Assembly: GCA_024626585.2 (NCBI GenBank)
Contig: JANKJI020000002.1
Location: forward strand, 269,897,137 to 269,923,609
Length of the DNA stretch: 26,473 bases
Direction: 5' to 3'
DNA from: Ginkgo biloba
Taxonomy: Eukaryota; Plantae; Ginkgophyta
Part shown: piece by piece, positions 1 to 12,200 of the stretch
Layout of the letters: each line of letters begins with the position of its first letter
Numbering within the stretch: the first letter of the stretch is position 1
Notes under the pieces: generated by a model
Told to the model about the DNA's origin: nothing
Databases searched by the model: none
The model's input: the letters and a program-made list of their open reading frames with translations, nothing else
Translations under genes and position numbers: made by a program

Positions 1-1880
1 TAAAATTTATAATTTACTCATGTGTACATGAATATGAGTCATTTTTTCATGAGATTACAGATTTAGAACCCTCAAGTTTGGTGTTCCTAGTCTATGACCT
101 ATTTTGCATTGTTATGGTAGTTAATACTTATGTGCATGGAGATTTGGGTTAGTATGCATTTCTTTTTTCATGATGATAAATTATAAACCCTAGAGCCTAA
201 TCTTAGTANNNNNNNNNNNNTGTCCTATCATGGATCTACTGAGCAGATTTATTAGAGGTATATTATATGTACTTGGTTCAACTATGGATAATACTAGCAT
301 GATAACCCATTTGTGAGCATTATATGGTCGTGTGCCATAGGGTTATTGATAGTGAGGGTAGGGTTAAAACCTTTATAACCCTCGGGAGTTGCTATGGTAC
401 TATGAGGTGTGGTAGCAACCATAGTAGGCCATACTACTCAATTGACTAACATGCATTGGTTTATGTATTTTTATATGTATTTTTGCTTACTCACATTATG
501 TAGTCAGGTATGCTTGCATGCATGTACTATTAGTGGGTAGGCATCTAGTTGGGGGGTAATCCTAGTGTTAAATAGAGGATAAACATACCTACACTTGACA
601 CTCTTATTGGTTATAGGGGTGGAATCAAATGGGAAGGTCATTTGGTGCCGACAGTTCATATTTATGCACTAAAGGTTTGGTTAGTAACCATGTAAGCCCA
701 TTAAGGTGGTTCTCGTAGGGCAACATTAGTTTATAGTTCATATCATTAGGCCAACGTTTGCCCTTAATAGTCTAGTCTTTTAATATTGTATATGATTTTA
801 CTTTATATTTACAGAAATGAACATTTTTTATGCTTTATACTATGATGATTATATACTTTTATGATCTTTTAGCATACATGTTTAAGAGGTAGGACTATTA
901 TTCTTTCTCTCTCTTACTTTTATATTTTCCTTTTTCTAAATTCTCTTGCTTAGATTCTTACTTGGAGAATCTAGCATTGGAAGTAAGACATGTGCTATTG
1001 TAGGTTTTAGAAGTCACAATCATCTTTTCAACCTTATACCACAATGACGAGAGTCGTCTCAGGCAATAACAAACTTTAAAATAATTGAGATAGACTACAA
1101 TAGTGTAATTTATTCAGTAAAGTCCAATTTCTTATGCCCTTCTAAAACTTAATGATTCTACATTAGAATCCATACTTGAGTTTACATCACCACTATAGAT
1201 GATACACTTGATGAAGATACTTCAGCGTATACCTATGTAGTTAAGTTAGCACGCTCTTCCATAATCTTCTAGGTATTCTTTTATTCCCTTTTCATATGTT
1301 TTATTGTAGCTTGCACTTATTCCACTTAATGTTCAAGAGTTCCTTTAGGATACTCTCCTAACTAGCTGAGCTGATCCCTTTCATCTTTCGACGTTGAACC
1401 TACTGTAAAGGGATTAGTTGGGGGCATTGGAATCACTAAATTTCCTTCTTATGAAACAATATCGTTAGTTATATCTAGGCTTATAGTATTATACATTACT
1501 TTATTATGGGCTATAAGAAATGAATTAAAAAATAAAATGGTCATAAGAATATAAATTCATACTCCTCACCCAAAGAGCAACTTACTTTAATACCAATTGA
1601 TGTGCCTTAGAGTTAGTTCCTTCAAAAGTTAATCCTTAAGAGTATATGGAGGCGATGAATCCTTTAAGAGCACTCAAAAGAAAGCTCCCCAATGATGCCG
1701 TTATGCATATGAAGCTTATACAATATTGGGTGATTGGGATTCTTTTAAAAAACTTATACTTCTAAGTCTAAAAAAAAGGTTCAACATTCATAGTCTATGG
1801 CATAGGTTTTTATATTGGCACTATGCTCACATCGCAACCTTGTTAAACTACACACCAACTTTGTTGAATTACATGATGGA

Positions 1881-2034
1881 TTTTTCTGACATTGTGGTGG
1901 CTTGGATGAATTATAGGAAAGGGTAAAAAACTCTTTCACATGTGCAAGAATCTATAAATTTTATGTTGCTGTGGTGCCTTGGATGAATTGTAGGAAAGGG
2001 CAAAAAACTCCTTCACATGTGCGAGAATTTGTAA
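1881..2034. repeat. Two-copy ~77-bp tandem duplication, probably at the edge of a decayed LTR-like sequence
   Basis: tgtggtggcttggatgaattataggaaagggtaaaaaactctttcacatgtgcaagaatctataa (from 1893) recurs as tgtggtgccttggatgaattgtaggaaagggcaaaaaactccttcacatgtgcgagaatttgtaa (from 1970). The differences are mostly transitions. Confidence 0.85.
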
Positions 2035-2476
2035 TCAATCCAATAGTGTGAACTACAAGGTGAAAGTCAAGTCCATGGGAATATATGTGATTCCTTCTCT
2101 CTTAAATAGGATCGAAAAGGAAAGATTTGGGACTTAGATAAAGAACAAGAATTCTCAAGAAGAAGAAGAAAGGAAGTGGATAGAAAANNNNNNNNNNNNN
2201 NNNNNNNNNNNNNNNNNNNNNNNNNNNTAAGAGCAAAATACATGAAAGCTCCAATTCAAAGATTAAGCCCAAAACTAATTATATAACATGAACACCAAGG
2301 CTCTCTTAAATAGACAAGCCATGGTAAAAAATAGAGCATGTACATATAAAGTTAAGTTCATGCAACCACTCATTTAACTAAGGACTTTATTTCCATGTAA
2401 GGAGTCTTTATAAAACTATGGATGGTGGAGAAAGTGCCACATAGAAGAAAATGTCTAGTGAGGAAAAACTCATATT

Positions 2477-3042
2477 NNNNNNNNNNNNNNNNNNNNNNNN
2501 NNNNNNNNNNNNNNNNNNNNNNNNNNNNNNNNNNNNNNNNNNNNNNNNNNNNNNNNNNNNNNNNNNNNNNNNNNNNNNNNNNNNNNNNNNNNNNNNNNNN
2601 NNNNNNNNNNNNNNNNNNNNNNNNNNNNNNNNNNNNNNNNNNNNNNNNNNNNNNNNNNNNNNNNNNNNNNNNNNNNNNNNNNNNNNNNNNNNNNNNNNNN
2701 NNNNNNNNNNNNNNNNNNNNNNNNNNNNNNNNNNNNNNNNNNNNNNNNNNNNNNNNNNNNNNNNNNNNNNNNNNNNNNNNNNNNNNNNNNNNNNNNNNNN
2801 NNNNNNNNNNNNNNNNNNNNNNNNNNNNNNNNNNNNNNNNNNNNNNNNNNNNNNNNNNNNNNNNNNNNNNNNNNNNNNNNNNNNNNNNNNNNNNNNNNNN
2901 NNNNNNNNNNNNNNNNNNNNNNNNNNNNNNNNNNNNNNNNNNNNNNNNNNNNNNNNNNNNNNNNNNNNNNNNNNNNNNNNNNNNNNNNNNNNNNNNNNNN
3001 NNNNNNNNNNNNNNNNNNNNNNNNNNNNNNNNNNNNNNNNNN
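2477..3042. other. Largest assembly gap (566 N), one of many N runs in the window
   Basis: Seen directly. The ORF-track entries spanning it are X-filled artefacts. Confidence 0.98.
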
Positions 3043-4379
3043 CCATAATTAGACCATTAAAGAGATCATTCATTAATCACACACAACATAATTGTAATTA
3101 AATATAAAAATTTAAATTAAATTTCTTAGAAAGGATCAAAATAATTCTTAGTAATTCAAATATATAACAATTATTGAGAAGTAAAATAGCTCATAAGTAC
3201 TTTACAAAATGTACTAAATAAATAAAATCTTAAAATATGAAGAGAATGATAGTTCTTAATAATCCTAATAAGACCATATATCAAATGATATAATAATGTT
3301 TCATAATAGTGAAGAATAGATAATACGAGAAGATTGATATAATTTTATACCAAGATAGAGAGATGATCGTATAAATTGCTACCTCGAAGGATGATATTGG
3401 AATCCCTTGCTTATTGAAATAAGAATTTCTCTATGATAAAAGTAATTAGAAATGATAAACATGAGATGATGAAATAATGAATATAAATAAGTCCTTATAT
3501 ATCTCAAATCCATATGAATTTCTTTTGGTCACTTCTAAGTTAGTTAGAGCTATATTTTAGGCCTCAAAATATACCATAAGATTAATAAGTCATGCTCCTA
3601 TCAATTATCTCTATAGGGATGATAAACTAAGATATATTAAAGGTGTAGTGTCCATCACTTAAATTATCCTTAGGTTATCTATAATGAAAGCCTTATTTTT
3701 TCTTTAGGAGTTTAACATACTTGGAATTTAAGTTCAAATATATTTGTTTATCACTACTTTATTTCCTTTAGTAAGGTGGTTTCTATTTTTCCTCATTCCA
3801 AGTATGATTTAAACTTTTTTTTTTTAATCTTTATTGGGTTTTTTTTAGTTCTTATATTGTCATATGCCTTAATTACATACTCATTTTTCATAATTTCTCT
3901 CCTCCTAGAAAATATTAAATCCTCTTAAACTATGTCAATTTATGTTTTCCATTCCACCAAACATGTACATCTATTTTATTAAAAAATTTGCAACTTGACA
4001 TTGTTAGGCAATAAGATCAATCCTAATACAAACGCTAACTACTTATCATTCACAATTTTGTTGTTCGTTTGTGACTTGACATTTTTCGACAACTAAATCA
4101 ATGAATCCAAAGGTAAACACCATAAGCTAGGTTCTTGCTCTAAAATCACCAAGAAATGGTGTGAACTTTGACAAACCCCTTTAACATTTTATATGAAAAG
4201 CTTTTGTGCGACAATGGCCAATTTGACCATCAAATGTGAAGCCATTATGAGTTCTTTAAACATTGTAATCCATAAATTTGTTACTTCTAAAGCTTTCCTA
4301 GACTCGATCACAATATGCTTAGTGTTGTAAACTTTTAGGTGCACCCTATTTAACAAACCTTTCATGGTTACCAAACCCA

Positions 4380-5245
4380 TTTCGTGAAAATGTGGCCTCA
4401 CATTACAAAACTACGATCCATAACGAGTTGAAAGTGGAACATTTAAAAGATGCACCGCGTCCGTTAATTTACAACGATCCCTTGGCTTTTGTGCGCCAAA
4501 TTATATTTTGATTTGGTTAGAGTCATGCAAAATTAATTATTATTTTTATTAGAAATGATATACAAATTTGAAAAGATAACTCTCGCTTTCTTTCCATTCA
4601 GTGAACTCTACGTGTCAGACTCTGGTTGGTTGTATGTGAGTCAATCTGAACGTTAACTGAAGACGGTCGCTAGTGGACGGACAGGAAGCGATAAGCCCCA
4701 AAAGATATTCTCTCAAACGACACAATTTCAATAAAAGTAAGGAGAGGGTCCCAGGCGTCTCGGGGTTTGGTTGAGGTCGCGAGTTCGAATCCTACGGAGA
4801 GGAAAAACCAGTTTCAATGAAAGTTTGACACAGTCAATGGATTTGTTTTAGTGGGAATCTTTCCTTGTCTTCGTTGCAACTTCAATTTTTAGATTTGAGA
4901 AATGCAGGCGTATTTGATTTGATGATGAGGCAGTTGCGGACAAGCGAGCAGTGCTAGGGTTGTACAATTGACGGTACAAACCTCGCTTTTCTTCGGGTTG
5001 TGTTCCTGTTTGTTGTTGAGGAAGTACTCCATTGTTGATTCCTCTGTCCAGATCTGTAAGAAAATAAAATTCAGATCTCTATTGCCAACGAAAAAGAACA
5101 AAAACAATTCAGATCTGTATTGGTAAAACAATAATTTCAGATCGCTGAAAATATTATTGTTTCAAACTAAATGAAGCCTCATTAGCCAGCGGAGCAGGCA
5201 GATTGCAGTGAGGGAGGGTTTTAGGTTAAGTCTTGAGGGCTTCTG
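4380..5245 (+). promoter_or_regulatory. CpG-retaining promoter/5' leader of the Tubby-like gene
   Basis: CpG dinucleotides are visibly frequent here versus the depleted flanks. Motifs: CCGCGT CGCG-box (4455-4460), ABRE core ACGTGTC (4610-4616), TGAGTCA (4637-4643), repeated CAGATC motifs (~5049-5143). It lies directly upstream of ATG 5246. The TSS cannot be determined. Confidence 0.6.
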
Positions 5246-5597
5246 ATGGCTTTCAGGAGTATAATTCAGGAAATGAAGGGTGGTATGGGGAGTTTATCCA
5301 GGAGGANNNNNNNNNNNNNNNNNNNNNNNNNGCAGATCTCACAGTAGTGTGAGGGACGAAATACAGAGCGAGGCGGCAGAGAAGGACGAGGAGGAGCATG
5401 ATAGTTGGTCGAACATGCTTCCAGAGTTGCTCATTGAAATGATTCAGAGAGTGGAGGCCAGTGACAACATGTGGCCGGGTCGGAGAAATGTTGTTGCCTG
5501 TGCTGCGGTTTGCAAGAGCTGGAGGGAGATTACCAAGGAGATTGTGAAAACTCCTGAGCAGTGTGGGAAGTTGACGTTTCCTGCTTCTCTCAAACAG
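5246..5597 (+). CDS. Tubby-like F-box protein exon 1 (N-terminus + F-box)
   Basis: ATG 5246 gives [20 protein letters not shown], a typical TLP N-terminus. After a 25-N gap (5307-5331) it reads RSHSSVRDE...[64 protein letters not shown] and ends CAG|G(N) at the conserved LKQ|PGPRD intron position. The frame change across the gap is attributable to gap sizing. Confidence 0.93.
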
Positions 5598-6231
5598 GNN
5601 NNNNNNNNCTTCAGCCTTATCATTCTGCCATTTTATAAGGGATATGCTTTTGGCAGTCTTTATTGTTGTACTACCCTATGATGGTTTTACCTGTCCCGCT
5701 CAACGCTTTTGGTCATTTGTGTACAGTGAGTATAATTTCCTTTCCCATTCCTTCTTATTACATATTCAGATTGCACGTCTGTTCCTTTGGACTGCCAATA
5801 CACAGCAATCCTTTAGGCACTCCTTATTGATGTACTAGCTACCGTCCTTGTTCTATTGGCCGCTTTTGGCCATTGGTGGACGTTAATATGATCTCTTTTC
5901 TTTCTTTTTACAAATTCCGATTGTACTTCTCTTCCTCTGGACTGTGAATTCACACCTATGTTTAGGGTATGCGTTTTCTTAACTATCTGTGTGGCAAAGA
6001 TGTTCGTTTTCATCCAATTTGCTGTTGTTTTGATTTGAAAGGGATTATGTGATCTGGTTGCTGTGCTCATGTGAGCTTAAGCATGTATATTGGCTGGAAG
6101 AGTAGCTTCTAGGAGCATCATGTGGAACTGGNNNNNNNNNNNNNNNNNNNNNNNNNNNNNNNNNNNNNNNNNNNNNNNNNNNNNNNNNNNNNNNNNNNNN
6201 NNNNNNNNNNNNNNNNNNNNNNNNNNNNNNN

Positions 6232-6281
<50 letters not shown>

Positions 6282-9200
6282 CCTAAAGTGAAAAACTCTT
6301 TAATGAATCCCTTATGGGCATAGCTTTCTCAACAAGCTAGACTGCATAGGACCATGTACTAGCCCCTTCCTAGTTAGGATGGCACATCAAGACTTTTAAC
6401 TTGTGATGTTGAAACTAGCTATAAGGGATATTGATTCTTTATTATGATTGAATCAAGAAAATCTTCCCTTGTTTAATCAATCGATATTGGTTAGGCCACC
6501 TTCGAAACTCTGCATCTCAATCCCATAAATAGGGACCACCAAAGATAACTTCACACACATATAATGGAATTGTATTAAATATAGCTTCATCAACATATAT
6601 TGTTGTAATAACAAATTTCAACTTACATTATAGGGTGATGGCCTGCTCCGAAGACTTATTAAGCCATCCCAACTTGTATAGATATGGGTGTGGGATTATA
6701 GCCAACTCGAATTTCCAAATAATAGTTGTAAACATAAAATTATTTTGACTCCCTAGGTCAAAGATCATAGAAACTAAACTCTTCTTGGTTTGCATTTTTG
6801 TGGGAAGCAGATCTAGACCACCTCATACAAATAATTGTTGTACAACTAGAAATCAGATCTTAATATTTGAAGTTCTTTGTCACCACCTGGTACATGTAGC
6901 CCTTGGCAGTAGAGCCTATATAGTGTTGTGAAAGTGGTTCAGTTCCACAGTAATTGGACAACCAACCGATGGTTTGCAAGCCCCACTCACTACTAGGTCA
7001 ATCCTTTATTGTCTCAAGGGATGCCATGTAAATTATGATGCAAAAGGACCAAATTTGGAGGTATTGAGTCCACTTATTTATTTTTCCAATTCTTGCTAGC
7101 TGCTCTCCACCTCTTCCAATTCTTGGACCTGATCTCACAACTTCAATGCGGATAGTCATCTTTAAGGATTAGATTCTTTCCATATAGTATATTAGTTAGA
7201 GAGTTGAGTTGTGCACTTCTGCTTTAAAAGTACAAGTACATCAAAGAGAAGTCTGCATGGATACTGCTTGAGAAAGTACTGATAATGTTCAAGTGCGAAC
7301 CTTGAAATTAAAATTTCAGTGCGCGTGGTGAACATAATGTCAGTAAGAATCACTGATAACATGGCACGTATGAGTTGGATTAAACCATCACACATGGGTT
7401 AGGAAGAAGTTTTTGATGTTGCAGTTATACCATGTCTGGATTTTGTTCTTTTATGTTACATGGACCCAACTCCTTGTTGCCATTCATTCCTGCAAGGTCA
7501 TTGCTTGTACCATAGAGTTTCAATACTGCTAAACCACATGCTCTGGGTGATTTATTATGTGAAACATAATTTATTGTTTCCAGCTTATGTTGTTGAGAAT
7601 CAGAAACCGGCTTGCCCACACTATAACTGGCTGATGTAATCGCAGCAACAACCTCTTTATTGATCTTACTTAGAGTTAGCTGAAGCTTGTGAATGATCAC
7701 ACTGTCCTTTTATAATCAGAAGCAGATCCTGCGGGAGGCTATTCCTTGTCCATTTGGCATTTTGGGAGGCACCCAAAACATTTCTGTGCCAAATGGTTTT
7801 GGTTCAGGAGGCCTGTTATTTCTGCTGAATTCTTTTTTAACTGGTGTTTTCACTATGCGTACCTTCTGTTTTATCTCTTGCATGTCTGATTTGCGGGCAT
7901 TCCTGCTCCTGTATCTCATGCTGGTGTTGTACAACAGTTTGAATTTTGGTTTCTTTAAAGCGCATGCAACCATCTGATGTCAAGACTCTATCGACGAACA
8001 ATGAAGTTTGAAGTTTAAGTCTGAAATTCAGAAACTTACAAGTTTGGAATTTGAACTTTTAGCATCCTGATGGGTTATGGAATGTGAATATTGATAAAGG
8101 TCAATTGATGATTGGTCTCATTTGAAATTCAAATGATTTCATAACTACAATGCGGAATGAAATATTGGATTGTCCCAAATAATTTAGCATTCTGATTTAA
8201 AAAATACTTATTAGTGTTTTCTTTCTTCAAATTTCAAAACATTCCTTATTCTAAGAATCCAATCATATGGCATTTCACTTGTGGAAATTCCAAACAATTC
8301 TTTGGTGTTATGAGTGTTCGGGCGCATGGTTATCAACTGTAGTTATCTGTATTCATCCATGTAAGTTCTCTAGCATTTCTGTGAAACACATGCTTTCCAT
8401 TGCTTGGAGATTATTGATGAGAAATTATGCTGTGCTTGCTGATGCTGGCAATGGAATAGCTTTGTTTGTAGAATACAATGCATTGATAAAAAATANNNNN
8501 NNNNNNNNNNNNNNNNNNNNNNNNNNNNNNNNNNNNNNNNNNNNNNNNNNNNNNNNNNNNNNNNNNNNNNNNNNNNNNNNNNNNNNNNNNNNNNNNNNNN
8601 NNNNNNNNNNNNNNNNNNNNNNNNNNNNNNNNNNNNNNNNNNNNNNNNNNNNNNNNNNNNNNNNNNNNNNNNNNNNNNNNNNNNNNNNNNNNNNNNNNNN
8701 ACATTATTTATTAGTTTGATGCACTGACGAAAACTCTAAAATCTACTCTCTAATGCACCTTGAAATAACAGTCACCCATTGCCATATATTTTATATGAAG
8801 AGAAAAGCATGAACTCTCCATTTATATGTGAGATGTTGATTGGTAAACGGGTCCATTCTAGATGAATATGATTGAGGTGGTCTGTGGTAACAATCATTGT
8901 CATGCATTTGTTCTTGCAAAGCGGTCCATTTTGAGCATGCTTTAGTTTGTCTATGCACATGCATTGTTGGTTGCTTTTTCCAGTGCTGAAACTTGATATG
9001 AAGGTCAAACAAAATATACTAACTCAAGTGATATGTTGCCTGTTGGTATTCATTCTGCAGCCTGGTCCTCGCGACCCTCCCATGCAGTGCTTTATCAAAA
9101 GGGACAAAGAAACAAAAAAAATATTTGAATTTACAAATGAAATATCAACATATTTTGAAGAATGTGATANNNNNNNNNNNNNNNNNNNNNNNNNNNNNNN

Positions 9201-12200
9201 NNNNNNNNNNNNNNNNGAGTTTTAAAGATAATAATTCTTTTATGTAATTTTCAGAATCAATATTGATCGTACTTGAAGAAATACTGCAATTGATTCTACC
9301 CTGATTTACATAACTTTTGCTGTCAAATGTTACATTTATTCTTCTAATTAGAAGGGAACCAAGTTCAAATTTGCTTTTGATGTCATTGCAGATTACATGG
9401 TGGGTCCTGTAGAATTCTCTAAAGTTATTTGTAGGGTTGTGGATGAATGTACGCCCAATCACCTTCATCAAACTCCCGCTCAAAGTGTTGTTGGGTCTGC
9501 TTGAATTTTCATTCAATTTTGAGCGGCAACAAGGTTATTCTTGAGGAGTTGAAGCAATTCCTGTCCTTCCTGCAATAAATTCTGCACTGCAGGCACTGAA
9601 GATTCTTCCTTTGCCCAATCCAAGAGATTGCGGTGGGGCATAACCATATAATGCTTGAAAGAGACTCATTTTGATGGAGGATTGATAGCTGGTATTATAC
9701 CAGCACTTTGCCAAGGGTAGCCATTTGATCCAACCCGATTGCTTATCCCCAATANNNNNNNNNNNNNNNNNNNNNNNNNNNNNNNNNNNNNNNNNNNNNN
9801 NNNNNNNNNNNNNNNNNNNNNNNNNNNNNNNNNNNNNNNNNNNNNNNNNNNNNNTTGGGTACCAATACTTGATTGTAATCTTATTCATGGGTCAAGAATC
9901 TGCACATATTCTCTAGGTCCCATCCTTCTTGGGTGTTAGTAGTGCTAGTGTTACACATGGGATCAAGCTCTCCCATATAAATTCTTTATCTTGTAACTTC
10001 TAAACTTGTTGATTCATTTCTTCACTTTCGACTGGGCTCAGTCGATAAGACGCCTAATTTGGTAAACTAGACCCAAGGATCAAGTCGATCTGATGAGATA
10101 TTCCTCTATCAGGTGGTAATCCTATTGGTAATTCATTTAGCCTTATGTCTTGGAACTCTTCCAACAACTCCTCTACATCATGGGATAGTTTCCTCAGCTC
10201 ATCCTTTGTCACCTCCTTTTCTACTAATGTATAATGTGTACTAGTCAAGTGTGCGTTCTTTATAAATTATTTGATCAGTAGCACCACCTGCACATCCTCA
10301 TCTTCTTTGGTTGGTGACAATATGACTTGTCTTCCCTCCTTTACAATAGTGTAGTAGTTCTTCCTACTATCATGTATCGTTGCTCAGTCATATTGCCATG
10401 ACCTCCCCAATAATACATAACATGCATCCATGGGAACTATATCATATCATACCTCATACTTATAGTCTCCTAGTTGGATAATCACCAAGCACTTCTCCAT
10501 GATGTTAATATCACCACCTTTCTTGAACTAGGATATTCGATATGGAATTTCATGTTATTGGTGATTTAGCCTCAGCTTCTTCACCAGTTCTTATGACACC
10601 ATATTCTCATAGCACCCGCCATCAATGATAACATCATAGATGTGGTTGCTTGATAAGCCCCTAATCTTGAAGATCTATTTTCTCTGATCTAGGTATGATT
10701 CCATGTCCTATGGTTGGGCCTTATTTTGCCTACAATTGGGGGGACGATTAAAACATCTAGGGAATGTCAAGGGAGTGTAACACATACATTTAATGTAAAA
10801 CGTCTAGGGCACGTCAAACTTATTGATACAATTCAGAGTTTTGAAAAATCTCTACAAAGTCGAATCCAAAACTATTCTTGATGACCACAAATGTGATTTC
10901 CAACTGAGATCAATCGAATTTGGTGTTGGAATTGATGATCCATTGTTGGCTGAATTGACTCTACTCAGGTGTGGAGAAGGATGGAAAGAATAGCCTAATG
11001 CCAAGTGCAGCTAAAAAATCTTGCTAAATTAGGATGAAAAATCACTGTGTCTGGATTTTGCTGTGTTAGTGGGAATGCATGGGATTACTGTATTCTTGAT
11101 GAGTTTTGAACTTGTATGGTTGATGTACTTAGCCAAATATTAGTACGACTGTTACTAGTTCTTTAGAGACCAAAAATTGGCTTTTGGCTTTTTGGACTTG
11201 CGAGAAGGGAAACTTCCAAGGGAAATGACTCCAATAAGCAGCTGAAATAGATTTGATGGTTCACTAACCTCATTTGCAAGAGGTCCCTTGTTGGAGAGTG
11301 TTACAACCTAGAAAAGCCAAGTTAGTCTTATCTCGAAATATATGAAAAAAGATAAATTAAACAGTGAAGCCAACATTGCAATATTATTGGTTAANNNNNN
11401 NNNNNNNNNNNNNNNNNNNNNNNNNNNNNNNNNNNNNNNNNNNNNNNNNNNNNNNNNNNNNNNNNNNNNNNNNNNNNNNNNNNNNNNNNNNNNNAGCTGC
11501 GTTGAAGGAACTTCGATTTCTCTTTGTGGAAATTGATAGAAACCTGAAGTGATTTGTCGTTGATTTAGCACTGAGTTGCTGCAGGATTGATATGCAAAAT
11601 AGAATGTCTTTTTTTTTTCTGAAATAATAGGTTCCTTTTGATTTGCAAGTGATTCCTGAAATGCTAGGGTTGTGTCTGATTAATTGTAGAACCTGGCCCT
11701 TCCATTTTTAGTTGCCCTTTTTCAAANNNNNNNNNNGATGATATACTTGAATTGTCTTGTATTAGAGGTTTCTAGTATATGTGACTGAGTGCTGATTGAT
11801 GTGTAAACAAGAACGTTGATTTCAAGAACCCTTATCAAACTCTAACAGGGCATAGGGTGTTGGATTAGATTTCTGATTTCTTGCAGTTGGGATTTCAACT
11901 GCAATTATTTCAGCGAGAATTATCATCATTTGCATGAGGGTTTCTTTCAGGGAAAACTTTATGGGCTACTTATGGCCCAATTGCTATATTTTAACCGTGT
12001 TTCCAAAAATTAAAGTTGCCAAAAATATAAATTTCACCAAAAGTTTCGCCGTTTTTTTAGAATGTTGGAAAATCTTACTATCCTCACCAAATTTTATGTA
12101 TATTAAAGGGAAAATCTAATTTAATGTAGAAGTTTTGACTTCAACATGTATATTCTATATTTTATACATTAATTGATTCTCTAAATGGATATATTGTTAT

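Noticed and set aside
1560-1810. Possible gag remnant (EYMEAMNPLRALKRKLPND...LIQYWVIG)
   Set aside because: The similarity is only impressionistic and no diagnostic motif is present.
2408-3101. Long ORFs (208-221 aa) and other X-rich ORFs in the track
   Set aside because: They are open only because they run through N gaps.
4735-4800. Possible tRNA gene
   Set aside because: Only a B-box-like motif is present; no acceptor, D or anticodon stems can be folded.
5307-5331. Apparent frameshifts in TLP exons (here and at 13879-13903)
   Set aside because: Both coincide with identical 25-N placeholder gaps. About 33 nt is expected at the second, so they are not evidence of pseudogenisation.
7665-7696. 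...ELAEACE* resembling the Tubby C-terminus KLACE*
   Set aside because: It lies in intron 1, upstream of the Tub exons, and lacks the preceding LQFGK/AFAICL residues, so it is a chance match.
7425-7977. Overlapping 85-94 aa ORFs and AG acceptors in intron 1 as a cryptic exon or nested gene
   Set aside because: There is no recognisable domain or convincing acceptor-donor pair, and the composition is ordinary T-rich intron.
10749-10817. 22-bp imperfect direct repeat (similar small repeat at ~3987/4068; 11-bp hairpin at 22368-22392)
   Set aside because: Short two-copy or AT-rich features typical of TE subrepeats, with no functional inference possible.
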